The notes: a model not told the origin generated them from the sequence alone. DNA of 52,103 bases, filler included, from Bipalium vagum (GCA_037834085.1; 2 parts of 2 records of this genome joined end to end with filler, not necessarily neighbours in it), one strand, 5' to 3'; positions 24,614 through 37,419 are shown, counted from the whole stretch's first letter. Made by a program: numbers and translations.

Positions 24614-24940
24614 TTATTCCTGTCCTGAAATAGCACTTAATTTTTCCAGGTCTCCTAAAAACGCCTCTGGAGTTAATAAATGAGTTCCTCCAATTAACAC
24701 TTCACAATTTTTGTACTGATTTGCAACTTCATAAGCAGATCTCATTTCTGAATAGGAAATTCCTCCAACAACAAAGAAAATAAGACGCGGGCCATTTCTT
24801 TGTTGCTGAGCTTTATCTTTGTGCCATTGCCCATATCTTGCAGATAACTGGCCTCCACCTCTGCCTGCCATATTCGCTCTAACAGGCCCACCACCGAAAA
24901 TTGGAAATTGCTTAACATCCAACTTATCTTCACACGCATC
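24614..24940 (-). CDS. STXBP1: Munc18 exon 11 (terminal)
   Basis: TAAAG|GATGCG; [20 protein letters not shown]..; stop at 24614. Confidence 0.92.
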   Translation of the reverse strand, partial: DACEDKLDVKQFPIFGGGPVRANMAGRGGGQLSARYGQWHKDKAQQQRNGPRLIFFVVGGISYSEMRSAYEVANQYKNCEVLIGGTHLLTPEAFLGDLEKLSAISGQE

Positions 24941-27900
24941 CTTTAAAATTAATTATCAATAAATATAGAATGAAATAATAATTTTGAATATTAGTTTATG
25001 TCTTTAAAGAAAAATTTTCATTTGCGGTTTCCAAAATTTATTTATTTATTAATTTATTTAAGATAATATTTGAAAGATGAAATGTGAACTAAATAATAAA
25101 TTTCCTGACGATGAATGGATTGAACAAAAGAAAAGGCTGTAAAAATCAGTGTGATAAGAATAATTGTTGAAAATAACTGTTAGATGAGTAGAAATAAACA
25201 TTTTGGAAAGTTACAGTAGAAATATTGTGTTACTCGGAAAGTTACTTCGCCTTTTATATTTATCTTTAAATCTTAATTTAAAGTACTTAAGTCATTTTAA
25301 AGGTTGGGATATTCAAATTGCCTGTTAGATGGCAGAAGGTCTTGGAACAAAAAGGACAATATATCATTGATTAAAATATTTATTACTTATGAAACTTTTG
25401 GTTTTTCTTACTAAAAAGGTGAAGTGATTTTCCGAAAATTAAAACTTTCTTTTGTTTAAATCTAAAATATCTTTTAGTTAACGAATCGCCTATGAACCTA
25501 ATTATATCTGATAAAAATTTACAAACTCAAAATGTTCAGAATGTTTTCTTTGTAAATTTATATTTTATATTTACTCCAATTTATATTTAGAAACATATAA
25601 ATTAGATTTGAGTATTAAATATAAATAAAATTAGAAAATTACAAATGGGTTTTAAAATTCATTTTAATATTTTGAAAAAGATATTTAATTAACAGAAAAT
25701 TATAATTTTTTTAAGAAATTTCGGTCATCAGTTAAGCTTAATTGATTTCTTCATACCTCCATAATATCCTTAATATAAGGTGTCCATCTTGACATTTGAT
25801 ATTTTTGCTCTCCTTCTCTTTCCTTTCTATTCGACACTAAGTATGGTTGAGTAAATTTTTTACGACCAGCGGTCTGAAATGAATACATATAATGATTAAC
25901 AGTAAAATAAAAAAATCAAAATATAAAAATAAAATAATGATAACGATTTTACTTATTTCAGATTATATTTTTCAAATTTTAAAAAATTTAAATGAAAATT
26001 AATTTTTAGTCATCCATTAAAACAAATTTCATATTTGTAATTTCATTAATGAAAATTTTTAAAATAATTACTGATGAAACTCCAAGCATTGTTAAATTTT
26101 TAATAATCGCTGTTTGTGGTTCAGGTATTTGCCCATGTTGAACTAATTTATCGATGTTTTCCTCAGCAATTCCACCCCTATGAATGATGTAAAGTAAAAT
26201 TATTCGTAATTTATCGTAGGCTGTGACAGATTGATCCAATAATATAGGCACTATTTGCCGCATATGATCTTTAATTTTTTCTCCTTCTGCATCTGTTCCC
26301 ATAGCTAAGTCCTAAATATTAATAATAATAAGAACAATAATAATAGTAGCAATAGACATAATCTTAATAATATAACTAAGGGTGAACTAACCAAAAGCCG
26401 GAAACTGTTGTCTGTCTAATCTGTTGAAATCTAAGTAGAACACTATACGATCAAGTATTAGCAAAGTGTGAATGTGTCGTCATGGATGACGAAACATGTC
26501 TTAAAAAATTTTAAATATATTGCTGGACAAGATTTTTACACAGGCCTAACCCACCATAATGCTACTGATGATTGCAAAGTTAAATACAAAAGAAAATTTC
26601 CTCAAAAGTTTTATGTTTTGCAGGCGATATGTTCATGTGGCCTAAAAACTAGTCATTATATCACTTTTGGTACGATGAATTTACAAATGTATCAGAAAGA
26701 ATGTCTAGAGAAATGTTTACTACCATTCCTAAATAGGCATGAAACAAATTCATTGTTTTGGGCAGTTTTATCAAGCATTCGTTACGCAAGAAACACAACA
26801 AAGTGGTTTGAGGATGATGGTGTCCATTATGTAGCCAAAGATTGCAATCCTGCAAACAGACCAGAACTTCGAGCTATTTAAGAATATTGGTCAATTGTGA
26901 AAAGTTATTTAAAGACTACTAATAAAACTATTGGAACAATTCAGCAATTTCGAAAGAATGGTTAGGGGCATCTCAGAGAGTCGATCAATACGTTGTACAT
27001 AACTTGATGGGATGTATTCGCAGGAAGGTTCGCCAAGTTGCATATAACATGTCATTATATTATTTTTATGTAATGTACGTTATCAGTGTTAAAATATATA
27101 GAAAGATTATGCCAACTGTTTTCTGAGATGCTCACGGTATAATCCTCATTGACTTTCTTGTTTCTTAAAAAAATAACCGGGAAATATTATGTGGGATTAC
27201 TGAATAATCTCAAGGAAGAAATAAAGAAGAAACGCTATCATTTGCAAAAGAAAGTGATTTTCCATCATGACTATGCACCTGCTCACCGATACTGGGAAAC
27301 TGAAAAAAAACTGCAATATTTGAGATACGAATTGCTTTCACATCGAGCCTATTCTCCATATCTAGCCCCGTCTGATTTCTATTGCTTCCAGATTTGAAAA
27401 AATGGCTCAGAGGAAAGAGATTTGTGTCAAACGAGGAAGTTATAAACCAAACAGCTGATATTTTGAGGCTTTTGATAAAACCTACTTTAAAAATGGCACC
27501 ATGAAGCTAGAGTACCGTTGGAAGAAGTCCATCAGCTTAAAAGGTGATTTTATGTTGAGAAATAAAAATAAAATTTTCAAAAAATTGTTTTTTCTTACTT
27601 ATCAATCCATCCTCGTATTTTAGTAATTAATTGTCATTTTGTTTTTAATAACTAGTTTTTAAGTGACCGAATTTTGATTGGTTAACTCTTTACGGTAATT
27701 AAAGAAAATTAATAATATTTAATAAAAAAATATCTTTTCATTATTATTCCAAACCTGTTCTACTTTGCATAATTTATCCACATGGCCTTGATAAGCATGC
27801 ATGCAGTCTTCGGCCAAATGAAAATGAGTTGAGTACATCGACAGTTCTTTTTGATATTGTGGCATTTTCTTCAACATTTGACTTAAGTCACGCATTGTTG

Positions 27901-30870
27901 TCTTATCACCCGTTCCTCTCATTCGTTTCTCTTCAGCAAACTTTTTAAGACGACTTGTTACCTGATTTGAAACCACAGCAATATGTAAATGTCTAAGCTC
28001 TGACCACAATTCATCATTTTCATCTAACACAATTTCTTTTTCTCTTTCTTCTGGTCCTGATGTATTTAAATACCTAAATATCCCAAAACATTAAAATACT
28101 TCTATTGAAGTATCTACCTGTAAACGTCATTTTCGATGGCGATCAAGTCATAAGACATTGCTTGAAATGTCAGCTCGTGTAATAGAGGAGATACTGGATC
28201 AAATCCTCGGTCTAATATTATTAGCTGACTTCGATCTTTAAAAGGTCCCTTTATATAATAAAATATAATTGTTATATTAAAAATTTTTCTGCATTTTATT
28301 CAAACATATAAATAAATAAAACACAAATATCATAAAATATAAATAATTTTAACCAATCACATTTTTGAGATCAATTTTAGATAATTATTTCTTTGATATT
28401 GAATAGAAAAAATTGAATTGTATATTTTAATAGACAAACGTGTCTTTTATAGGAAATTCCGGTAAACAGCCTTGAATTGTAAATGTTTTGCATTATTCTG
28501 AAAAGGGGTTTCAAGTCGAAAGACAGTTTCGTTTAAATAAGACAATAAAAATAGAAAATAAGAAAAATTATTGAAAAATTTACGTTCTGAACGTTGGCAA
28601 CTATTGGGTTGATGCATATATTCAATGAAATATTTTTTGTGAAATTACTACGTTTTTGGAAAATATTTTGTAATGATTAAATATGAAAACTTGGTTCAGT
28701 TGCCATGTCAGTGATCTGTAATTTATTACTGTTTCCGATATCAAATGAATTTATTGAAAATAAATCACAATGTATAATGTTAATTTCACAATTTTTTCTA
28801 CTTCTCAAAAGCTTAATAAATAAAGCATAATTTTTCTATTTTTTCAAATATTTAATTAAAATATTTTTGTAAATTTATTTACCTAAGAACTTTAAATTAA
28901 AAAACATTAAGAAATTTATTAAAATTTTAATTTCAATTAATTTTAATAAAAATCTTTATTTCGAAAAACTAAAATAAAACAAGTCTTATAGGTACCAAGA
29001 TATATTAAAGATCTTCTCACTCGATATTGTTTTTTTATAAGTAAGATTTTGACACATAAATAATATATTTAAAGCATATTAAAGTTCGAGTTGTCAAGCA
29101 GAATTGTAGATATTTTGTTAAAAAATTTTCAAAACAGGAAAAAGTCAAATAAAGAATCAATAGAGGTTAATTTATAAAACTTTGAAAGTTAAACGAAACT
29201 ATAATAACCTTTATTAAAAGTCATTCTCAAACAAAAACTGTTTGTTAATTTTGACTTATGTAAACAGAGTCTATCCTTCCTTTTGGTCAGATGATACAAA
29301 AGGTTCATGTGGTTTCATATACAAATTGATAAATGATGTATCATGGTTGTCTTTAATATTTTTTTAATGAAATAATGAATTTTTATATCAAATGTTTACT
29401 AATTTTATTAGTTATTGTCAATTCTCACAAGAATTTCTTTTTTTTTAATATAAAAATTGGTACGATGCAATTAATGGATATTTAGTCTACTAAAGATGAA
29501 TCATGAAATATGATTAGTTCTTGGAGATGATTCGTTGAAATAATGAACATTCCAAAGGTGATTAGCAATATTATCATTTGGAAATACGCCAAACATTGCA
29601 AAATCAAATATCAACGAAAACCTAAGTTATTATTCATCCCTCGAAGATATATACTTATTCTAAGGGACATAATATGTCAAGAATTTGCAACCATCGGGAA
29701 AATCATTGGAATTAAGGAAGTTATTTTCACAATACGTTCTAAACTTTCACATCATAAAATAACACCAGTTTTGAACAATGGGTTATTTGTTATACAATAT
29801 TAATCTAATTCAACATTAAAAATTAACTGCATAATATCACTTAGGTGTCATTAATAGGTTCAAATCTTGAGATTTAAGAATATCAATGAATATCTAAACA
29901 ATTACACTTTAACTATGGTTGAATAGAGACGCTATTGTTCATAAAGAGTTTTTAGAAAAGAGCCTAACAATGAATGCTGACCTCTATGTGTATAATAACT
30001 TGAAAAGATAAAATTTTTTATAATTTTTCAGTTCAAATTATCAAAAAGAGATCTGTTTTGTTACAGGATATCCAAACCAATATATTGTAAATCATTAGAG
30101 AAAACACATGTGATTTACATTTGAAAATTCTGTCATATTTTCAATATTATTCTGACCTGTTTCCTATAAATCACTATCTCTAATTTGCCTAGGAAAATTA
30201 TTTTAAAAACTAGAAATTTCCAAAAAAGTTAATTTAAATAGACATTTGTGATTTTTTGACCAAAAAAGATTTTATTATAAGCCTGTATCGGGTTTGAAAA
30301 GTATTTTGATTGTGATATATTATGTTTACAAAAACAGAGGAACTCAACTCTTAATTATATGAAATTTAGTTTGGCAGAACATTTATAAAATATAAAAAAG
30401 AGAAAACTAAAAAAAGTACTATTATCAGCTTTCTTTCAAGTTTCAATCTATTTTATTGCTGGAAAGAAAAATAAAATCGATTAATTCTTTGGAATTTGCA
30501 TTTCCCTGGGAAATAAATAATATAACTTTCACTTGAGAAGAAAAATGAAAAGAAATGAAAAAAGAAAACTAAATAAGAAATCAATAGAAATAAAAGCAAA
30601 GAATGTTTCTTAAAGACTGATTTTTATTAAATTAAAATAATCGATATAAATTATTATCGATTAGATTTTAAGGAACAAATATTTTTCGGTAAAGATCAAT
30701 AAAAATTATAATCCAGAAAAATAGAGTTACAGTTAGATAAAAAAAACCCATACTTCTCCCATGGAAGGATCATCGGCTTTGTATGCATCCAATTTTTGCT
30801 GGACCAACTGTGCGAATTCCGCATTTTTATCCCATTGACTGCAAAAAGGTGGAAATAACAATGCATTTTC

Positions 30871-30909
<39 letters not shown>

Positions 30910-32055
30910 ACATACGAACACTTATACGATCAACAAACTTACGCTCGATAGCGAATCGGTGGATATTCTTTCAATGTTGCACACAAGGTCGCAATTTGTT
31001 CAGCGATTCTTTCCAAATGTAAAGTTCTCCCAGTTTTTGCATTGGGATTAAAGTAGAACTGGGTCGTTTCCGGTGAATCCAAAGAGAATACACGACTCTC
31101 ATACGGCAGAAAGGCTATATTGATTTCTTTCAAAGTTTTCAGGTATTTCGCGCAAGGAGATTTGCATAACTCGTTAAAAGACTCGTCCGGGCAAGCTGCC
31201 AATTGAGAGATTTTCATTTATTTACCAAATTGATCGTATTAAAAGATAAATCAAATTAATTATTTTATATTTTGGCACTTTGAAAATGTTTAAAAATTAA
31301 GTAAATTGGTACTACATGCCAACAGATATGTGATTAATCCCCAATAAAGTATCTTAAAATCGACTGATTTCGCAATATTTTCGAAGAACATTTTTTATTG
31401 AATAATTTTTTTAGAAAGAAAATAATTTTGAAACGGTTACAGATTTAAATCATATAAAATAGGAAAATCAGTTATAAAGGTTTCATTAAGAACATTATAT
31501 TTATTGAAAATAATGTTCATTTACATCATAATTCATCTTTATTAAGAATTAAAGCAGACTTCAACAAAATTATAAGTAATATTAATAATACAATAAGAAT
31601 AAATATTAAATTTACCTTCAGTAAAAAACACATGTGCAGTCTTATACTGATTTCGAGAACCACTGAAATCAGCCATTAAAGCCTTTATTGACTGTTTTTA
31701 TTTATTAAGTTAAATATTACTACTATTATTTATATTACTTTATCAGTCGGAGTTATTAAATAAATAGCTTCAAGTGGTAAAACTTCACGTCTTTTATTGA
31801 TGTCCTCAACAACTACAAATAGTATTAATCAAAAATAATTTTTAGAGTTACGTGTAATCCCTTCATTCATTATGTCATGCATTTTACAACATGAAGAAAT
31901 CATTCTTGCAGATAATTTATCAACAATTAGTACTTTCCATTCAGCTTCTTTCTTAACTGTTCTGATTACATCATCTATAATCTCTGAATTGATAATTCAT
32001 CAAAATATTCTACAAATTAAGCAATTTTACTTTTAGCTACAGATTCTTTTAACAT
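24614..32055 (-). CDS. STXBP1: Sec1/Munc18 family syntaxin-binding protein (unc-18/Rop/STXBP1 type), 11 exons, about 592 aa
   Basis: Phase-consistent exons 32055-32031, 31983-31852, 31812-31739, 31691-31616, 31195-30943, 30838-30754, 28248-28118, 28073-27755, 26311-26072, 25873-25757, 24940-24614 (1779 nt). Motifs [143 protein letters not shown]. Confidence 0.95.
25757..25873 (-). CDS. STXBP1: Munc18 exon 10
   Basis: TTTCAG|ACC ... GAG|GTATGA; [24 protein letters not shown]. Confidence 0.9.
26072..26311 (-). CDS. STXBP1: Munc18 exon 9
   Basis: TTTAG|GAC ... TCA|GTAATT; [26 protein letters not shown]. Confidence 0.9.
26377..27050 (+). mobile_element. Degenerate Tc1/mariner transposase of the DD37E (ITmD37E-like) type in Munc18 intron 8
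   Basis: ECVVMDDET (alternate frame ~26470-26496), [32 protein letters not shown] (cf. FWPDLASCHY), [14 protein letters not shown] (cf. NPPNCPELRPIEKYW). There are 37 residues between the mutated D and E positions. Confidence 0.8.
27100..27617 (+). mobile_element. Degenerate mariner transposase 3' half with right TIR
   Basis: [27 protein letters not shown] (HDNAPAH), [12 protein letters not shown] (YSPDLAPSD), LEYRWKK. Ends ACTTATCAATCCATCCTCG-TA, a mariner-like terminus. Confidence 0.85.
27755..28073 (-). CDS. STXBP1: Munc18 exon 8
   Basis: TTTAG|G TAT ... CAG|GTTTGG; ORF 27719-28030. Confidence 0.92.
28118..28248 (-). CDS. STXBP1: Munc18 exon 7
   Basis: [35 protein letters not shown]; AG|GTAGAT donor. 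Confidence 0.92.
29900..30300 (+). mobile_element. Highly decayed mariner transposase remnant in Munc18 intron 6
   Basis: [24 protein letters not shown] (cf. WWD..GIVHYELL..G.TINA..Y), [23 protein letters not shown] (cf. PPYSPDLAPSDYHL). Confidence 0.6.
30754..30838 (-). CDS. STXBP1: Munc18 exon 6
   Basis: TTGCAG|T CAA ... GAA|GTATGG; [24 protein letters not shown]. Confidence 0.92.
30871..30906. repeat. (CT)4(CA)14 microsatellite in Munc18 intron 5
   Basis: Read directly from the sequence. Confidence 0.95.
30943..31195 (-). CDS. STXBP1: Munc18 exon 5
   Basis: GGCAG|CT TGC ... GC|GTAAGT; [38 protein letters not shown]. Confidence 0.92.
31616..32055 (-). CDS. STXBP1: Munc18 exons 1-4 (32055-32031, 31983-31852, 31812-31739, 31691-31616)
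   Basis: MLKESVAK|[27 protein letters not shown]|[16 protein letters not shown]|[16 protein letters not shown], separated by 47, 39 and 47-nt introns. Confidence 0.9.
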
Positions 32056-32689
32056 TTTAAACTGTTACAAGTTTAAAAGTTAATGTTTATATATGTATTT
32101 AATTGAACAAACAAGTAAATATGAAAAAAGACAATGAAAAAATATAAAGTAATTTGAAAAAATTTATTTAACACATATATTTAATTCAAATATGATTTTA
32201 AGGCCCTAAACAATTAATAATGATTTTGAAAATAAATCCCAATGTTAACTCTAAATTTCAAAATTAAAAAAGAAGAAAATACTGATATATTCTTTAAAAA
32301 AATTAAAAAATTAAAATTTAAAATTCGTATTCAATGAATAATTAAATAATATTATAGTTATAAATTATACATTATTATTAAACAGTCATTAAGCATACAG
32401 ATTACTAATTATGTATGCTAACAAACTTTTTTGAAATACAATTGACAAAATTTAGATATTAAAAATTTGTTTATAAGGATTAAAAGAATAATAATTATTT
32501 TAAGGTTTTTTAAAAATATAAATCATTTGTTTTCCAAGGGAGAACAAAATTATTCTGTAAAATGCTAAAATTGAAAATTTTTCAGGAAGTAGAAATATAA
32601 GCATGTCACGAAGTAAGCGAAGATCGGTTGATGTAGTCGTAAACTGATTAAAAATCCGGTACATGCTGTTGTAGTTACGTTAGGAAGGG

Positions 32690-32790
32690 AATGCGATTAT
32701 TCAAGAATGGTCGAATATTGAACGTGGAATCATTCATAAGCTTTTTCAAAAAATGAAATTTCGTGTTTATTGTAAAAAGGGAAATTATAT
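32690..32790 (+). mobile_element. Possible Tc1-like transposase C-terminal remnant
   Basis: IIQEWSNIERGIIHKLFQKMKFRV..KKGNYI resembles the Tc1 tail (EEW..I....I..L..SM..R......KG..T). Confidence 0.3.
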
Positions 32791-33512
32791 TAATAAATTG
32801 TTTGCATTTATCGTTTAATTATCGTATTAATTTAAAATTTTTTTTATAAAACGGTTAGTGATTAAATATGTAATATAATTAAACATTAATAAACAAGGAA
32901 ATAAACATGTTGGTGAATAAAGTTGGAAATGAAAGAAGAAGATTAAAATAATACTTATATTTTAATGTATATAGATATTAAAATAGAAAAAGTATAACAC
33001 CATCAATAATAGTTGAAAATTTGATAATAGGTAATTAGCAAAAACTGTCAATATCTTAAAAAAAAGAAAAAATATTTTTAATAAATAAAAACAAATGTTT
33101 AAATTTTGAATTAACTGATAATTTACAATCAATGATAAAAGGAAAATTTAATAAAGAACATAATCTAAAAGAACTGAAGAATATATGAAAATAATCACAG
33201 CTTATACTGTGGAGACTCAAGAGAAATTAGGAAATTAACTTATTTCAAGACATTGATTATTGAACTCTTTATTGTGAATTTGTGAATTTTATTGATTTTA
33301 ATAAATATTTAAAAACTTTTATTGTGGTAAAAAAGAGAATCTTTAAAATTAAATAAATCGAGTCCTAACAAAAATCATTTTTCCTATTATTATTATTATT
33401 ACTATTATTATTAGTATTATTAAAATAAATATTAAAATAAAGAAAATACCAAAAAATTAAAAATAGAAATTACTAAGTTTCTAAAAATAGAAACTTAGTA
33501 AAAAATATGTAC

Positions 33513-34009
33513 TGTAAATTTAAAAATAGAAACAATTTTAAATATAAAAATTAAATAAGGAAAAAAAATATAAAAATAAATATTAACCACAAAAATACTG
33601 TATGAAACGACACGGAATTCGGAGAAAAGACGCACAAAAATCACTCAGACATAAACATAGACGAAGACATTAAATATTCAGTATCGGAAGACTCGATTTG
33701 GTTTAGACCCATGCAAAGTATAGTATCAAGTATCTTCACGAAGAAATACAATCCATTGAGAAAATTCCATTACGAAGACGGAAATTAAATATTCAAAGCC
33801 AGACGAGAAAGCTAATTGAAAACAATATAAAAGCAGTGCCAGTTGTGATTCAAAAACAATCAACATTTGGATACTACAAGTCGAAGTCACGTCACACAGA
33901 AAACATTAGGAAGCTCTATTATATGCGTATTTGAAAAAGTAAATTCTATAATCATTTATTTATTTATTTATTCATTTATTATTAATCTGGTAAATTATTT
34001 TAATTTACA
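33513..34009 (+). mobile_element. Possible solo LTR
   Basis: TGTAAATT...AATTTACA inverted ends (alternative start TGTA at 33599), internal TATAAAAG at ~33826, composition shift. No TSD found. Confidence 0.3.
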
Positions 34010-34060
34010 CAGATCTTTAAAATTTAATCTAACCAAAGTTATTTTCCGATAATCACTATT

Positions 34061-35130
34061 TGATAGGATTATCTGTCCCTTTTTTATTCACATCTTCCAT
34101 TATTTCTTTTGTTGTTCAGGGTTTGCACAACAGTTAGGGTTGGCAAATCTTCTTAGGACCTTACCACAAGTTACAGGATAACTGTGTAAGGATTTAGAGA
34201 TCCTCTTTTAAAATCAATTGTAAACTAATATTTTTACAAATAAAAATATTTGTATTAAAGTCTTAATTGTTTTTGATTTTTTTTATATTAGTTCCGAACT
34301 ACAGGCCATAATTCCTTCAGATAAGTCAATTAGTTCATGTTAAGTGACCCTCCAGTATTTTATCGATTTGTTAAAGTCTAAATTAAGTCACTTTTAGGGA
34401 AACTTAACATAAACATATAGAAATTGTAACTAATATACTAAAATGTAGTAACGTTTGCTCGTCGGCTTTTGACTCCTCACTTTGTGTATTCGTTGTGTTC
34501 GGAATTATTTATATTAACAATCACAAATAAAATGTTAGTTAAAATCCCTGTTATCTTTAATAATAATACGAATTTAATACTAAAATCGAAAAATAATGTA
34601 AAATAAAAGAAAAACAAAATAATCCTCACCGAGAGCGACAAGGGGTCCTCGGGTCACCCTCTAGGCCCGTCTCCGGTCAACTAGGGGCTCCCTAACTCTC
34701 GGTGAGAAAAATCCGGGGATTTGAAAAATCCGACTGCATAATCCTGGGCATAGAAATACCAAATTACTGTGGTCGTTTCTCTGGAATCTCTGAGCAGCGT
34801 CTTCTGAATTGTTTTTTTTTGCAATCTTCTGAGATCCTTTTCCTTTCTGTTTAACAATCTTCTCCAAACTTCTGGACAAATTTCTCAAATTTTCTTCACA
34901 AAACTTTTGGGCATGAAATTCTGGGCATCTTAACGGGAGTAGCCGTCTCCTTTTATAGGCGTAGGGATTGGTCTACGATCACCAATCCCTACTCGGAGAA
35001 GACTATTACTTTCCACTATCTCCACGCCGAGATAGTCTCATCACTCCCGGGGATAATGGATTTTGTCGATGAAATCCATTAGCCTGATCAAAGGACAAAA
35101 AAATATAATCCACACGGCGGGATTCTATCA
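34061..35130 (-). mobile_element. LTR-like, GC-enriched, hairpin-rich block (about 1070 bp)
   Basis: TGATAGGAT...ATTCTATCA termini (8/9 inverted, TG...CA); CCTATAAAAGG TATA box on - at 34949-34959; four perfect stems. No TSD found. Confidence 0.45.
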
Positions 35131-36589
35131 TGAAAAAAAATTATTTTATTTTTTAAAAAAAATTATTATTATTATTATTTAAAAATTACTGTTATTATTA
35201 TTTTAAAAAAATCCTTATTATTATCTTTATTATTACTCCCGAAACCCAACAAAATACTAAATATGTTATACATGAAATAAATTAACTAGCAAATATTTAT
35301 CTATTTTGGCAGTTTTCAATTTATCTAACTTTGGAAGTAATACAATATTGTTTAATATACTTAATGGAATCATTACTGAAATCAAGTCATTATGAATTGC
35401 ATAGTCTTTTAATGAATTAAAAAACTACATTACTTTAGAAAACGGTGGATTTATTTTTAAATGTATTTAATCATATCGTCTAAAGGATTCATTCCCTCTC
35501 TCTGCATCTTCAATGGTGTCATAAATCTGTATATCATCTTCATTGATAACCAAGGTTCATTTAACCATAAAAATTAGCACATAATATGAAATAACCTTCA
35601 TCTGATTTTGAAATCTTTTCAGTACTTGGTATATCTACTCCTACATGTTTGTAGCAATTAATGATAATAACATTTTTTATTATAAAAAATCTATATTTTC
35701 ATACTTGTCACTTCCGATTTATTTTCAAAAAAGATATTTAAGTGCATTAGATATTCAATAAAGAAACCAGATTTTATCCAAGCTTTAGTATTTCATCTCC
35801 AAAAGATGTAATTGGTAATAATTTTTATAAAACCGCGGGGATTTCAGAAATTACAATTAAGAATTGCTTGAATCTTACTCCAATGGCAGATCAAATTATT
35901 AGTTAAACAAATTGAAAATTATTTGTTAAAATTACAATAGGTATTTTTAACAACAATGCAATTTAAAAAATATATAGGTGTTCGAATACAAGATGTTTTT
36001 TTATAATGAACGTAAAATTTTTTCAAATTTAAAATGTTTTCAATTTAACAGGTTTCACTATAATTAAAATTTTTATTTTTTTATATGATCGGGTTGGTTT
36101 AAATTGCATATTATTTTACGTGCCTTGCATTAACCAAACAAAATATATTCATTTTATACTCTTTTAATTTTACCTGAACTTTGAAATGACTCCAAAAATA
36201 GAGGAAGTGTTATTAACAGGATTGATTCACTAAAATCTTATAACTAAAACGAAATATCTTTTTCACAACAAATACAAACCCTTTTCTTAATTAAACAGAA
36301 TTATTAATAATATTTATTGTGGAAGGTTTTTCAATAGTCTTTTAAGATGGAAGCTCTAAGAGATCCTCTACATAAAAACAACCTGTTTCCGTATTCTTAT
36401 GGTAAGCAGAGTTGAATGAACAAGTAAATTAGAATTGGAGAATAATAAAAAAGATCAATATCTGCAATTGATTTTATTTAGATATCGATAATTTCTTTTA
36501 ATAATCAAATTTAAAATTTGATCCATTATGAAGGAATTGACTAGCAAAATATTTATCGTTCAAAAATTAAATTATTTTTCTACATTTCC

Positions 36590-36790
36590 TTTTAGCTCAA
36601 CACATTTAGTCCAACGTTTTCTAGCAATTGAATACCTTGGTTGTAATGACTTTTATGAAGACTTGAAAAATACCTAAATTTCGCATCAAGTGCTTCTTGA
36701 TTTTCACGAAAACGCTTTACAGACAAATTTTTGAAGATTGGGAAAATAAAGAAGTCTGAAGGAGCCAAATCGGATGAATAGGATTTGGTT
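36590..36790 (-). mobile_element. Mariner transposase C-terminal remnant
   Basis: SYSSDLAPSDF at ~36751-36783 (YSPDLAPSD motif), followed by a GIQLL..RW-like tail. Confidence 0.65.
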
Positions 36791-37419
36791 TTGCTGATGT
36801 TCTCAAGTTCCTATTTGTAGAAGTGTTCCTTTTCGCTTGTCTAAGTTTTTATTTAGTAAATATTTACTTGTCTTATACATATTATATAATATAATTCGAT
36901 AATTGCAAAATTTCATAAATCAATTATTAAATTATACAAAAAATGAATAAAAATCCACTGCAAGGTTTAATGAAGAAAAATTTTTCGCAGATATGCCTTC
37001 TCTCTTATCCTTCTCAATGATAAAACCTCTTGTAATGATAAAGGAGCCTCAGTCCAATCGACAACAGCATAAAAAATATTTCTATCTTTTCAGTGTCTGT
37101 TAATGTTTTCTATGTTTCACCTTCTCCTTCACCCCATATTCTTTATTTCGTTCAATGTTATTGTGACACCAGGAACAACTCTGAATTAAAGATCCATATT
37201 TTTCACTAGTTCTGGAGTTTGGAAATTACAAAGTCGGCCAGCATCATCATCGTCAGATACAAAAAATTTACAATTTTAAAGCATCACGGTTTTCCAATTT
37301 TACCGATTATAATTAACTACCAATGAAATATGGGGTTATATTTATGCATTCCTTTCAATATTTTTGAAGAGCAGTCTTCTCATCTATACCGGCAAGAGTG
37401 AGACTATTCAGATTTTTAA

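Noticed and set aside
25711-25740. Minus-strand TTAA-CTGATGA-CC-GAAA-TTTC-TTAA resembling a minimal hammerhead ribozyme core
   Set aside because: Stem II is absent (2 nt), stem I is only 4 AT pairs and there is no Penelope-like context. Likely chance.
30696-31022. ORFs with CVCVCV / HTHTHT repeats
   Set aside because: These are translations of the (CA)n microsatellite across Munc18 intron 5.
34661-34888. 75-aa basic ORF
   Set aside because: Non-ATG start, no recognisable domain, and it lies within the LTR-like block.
35450-36400. Possible gag/protease-like decayed coding sequence
   Set aside because: Only isolated weak fragments; no ordered motif series.
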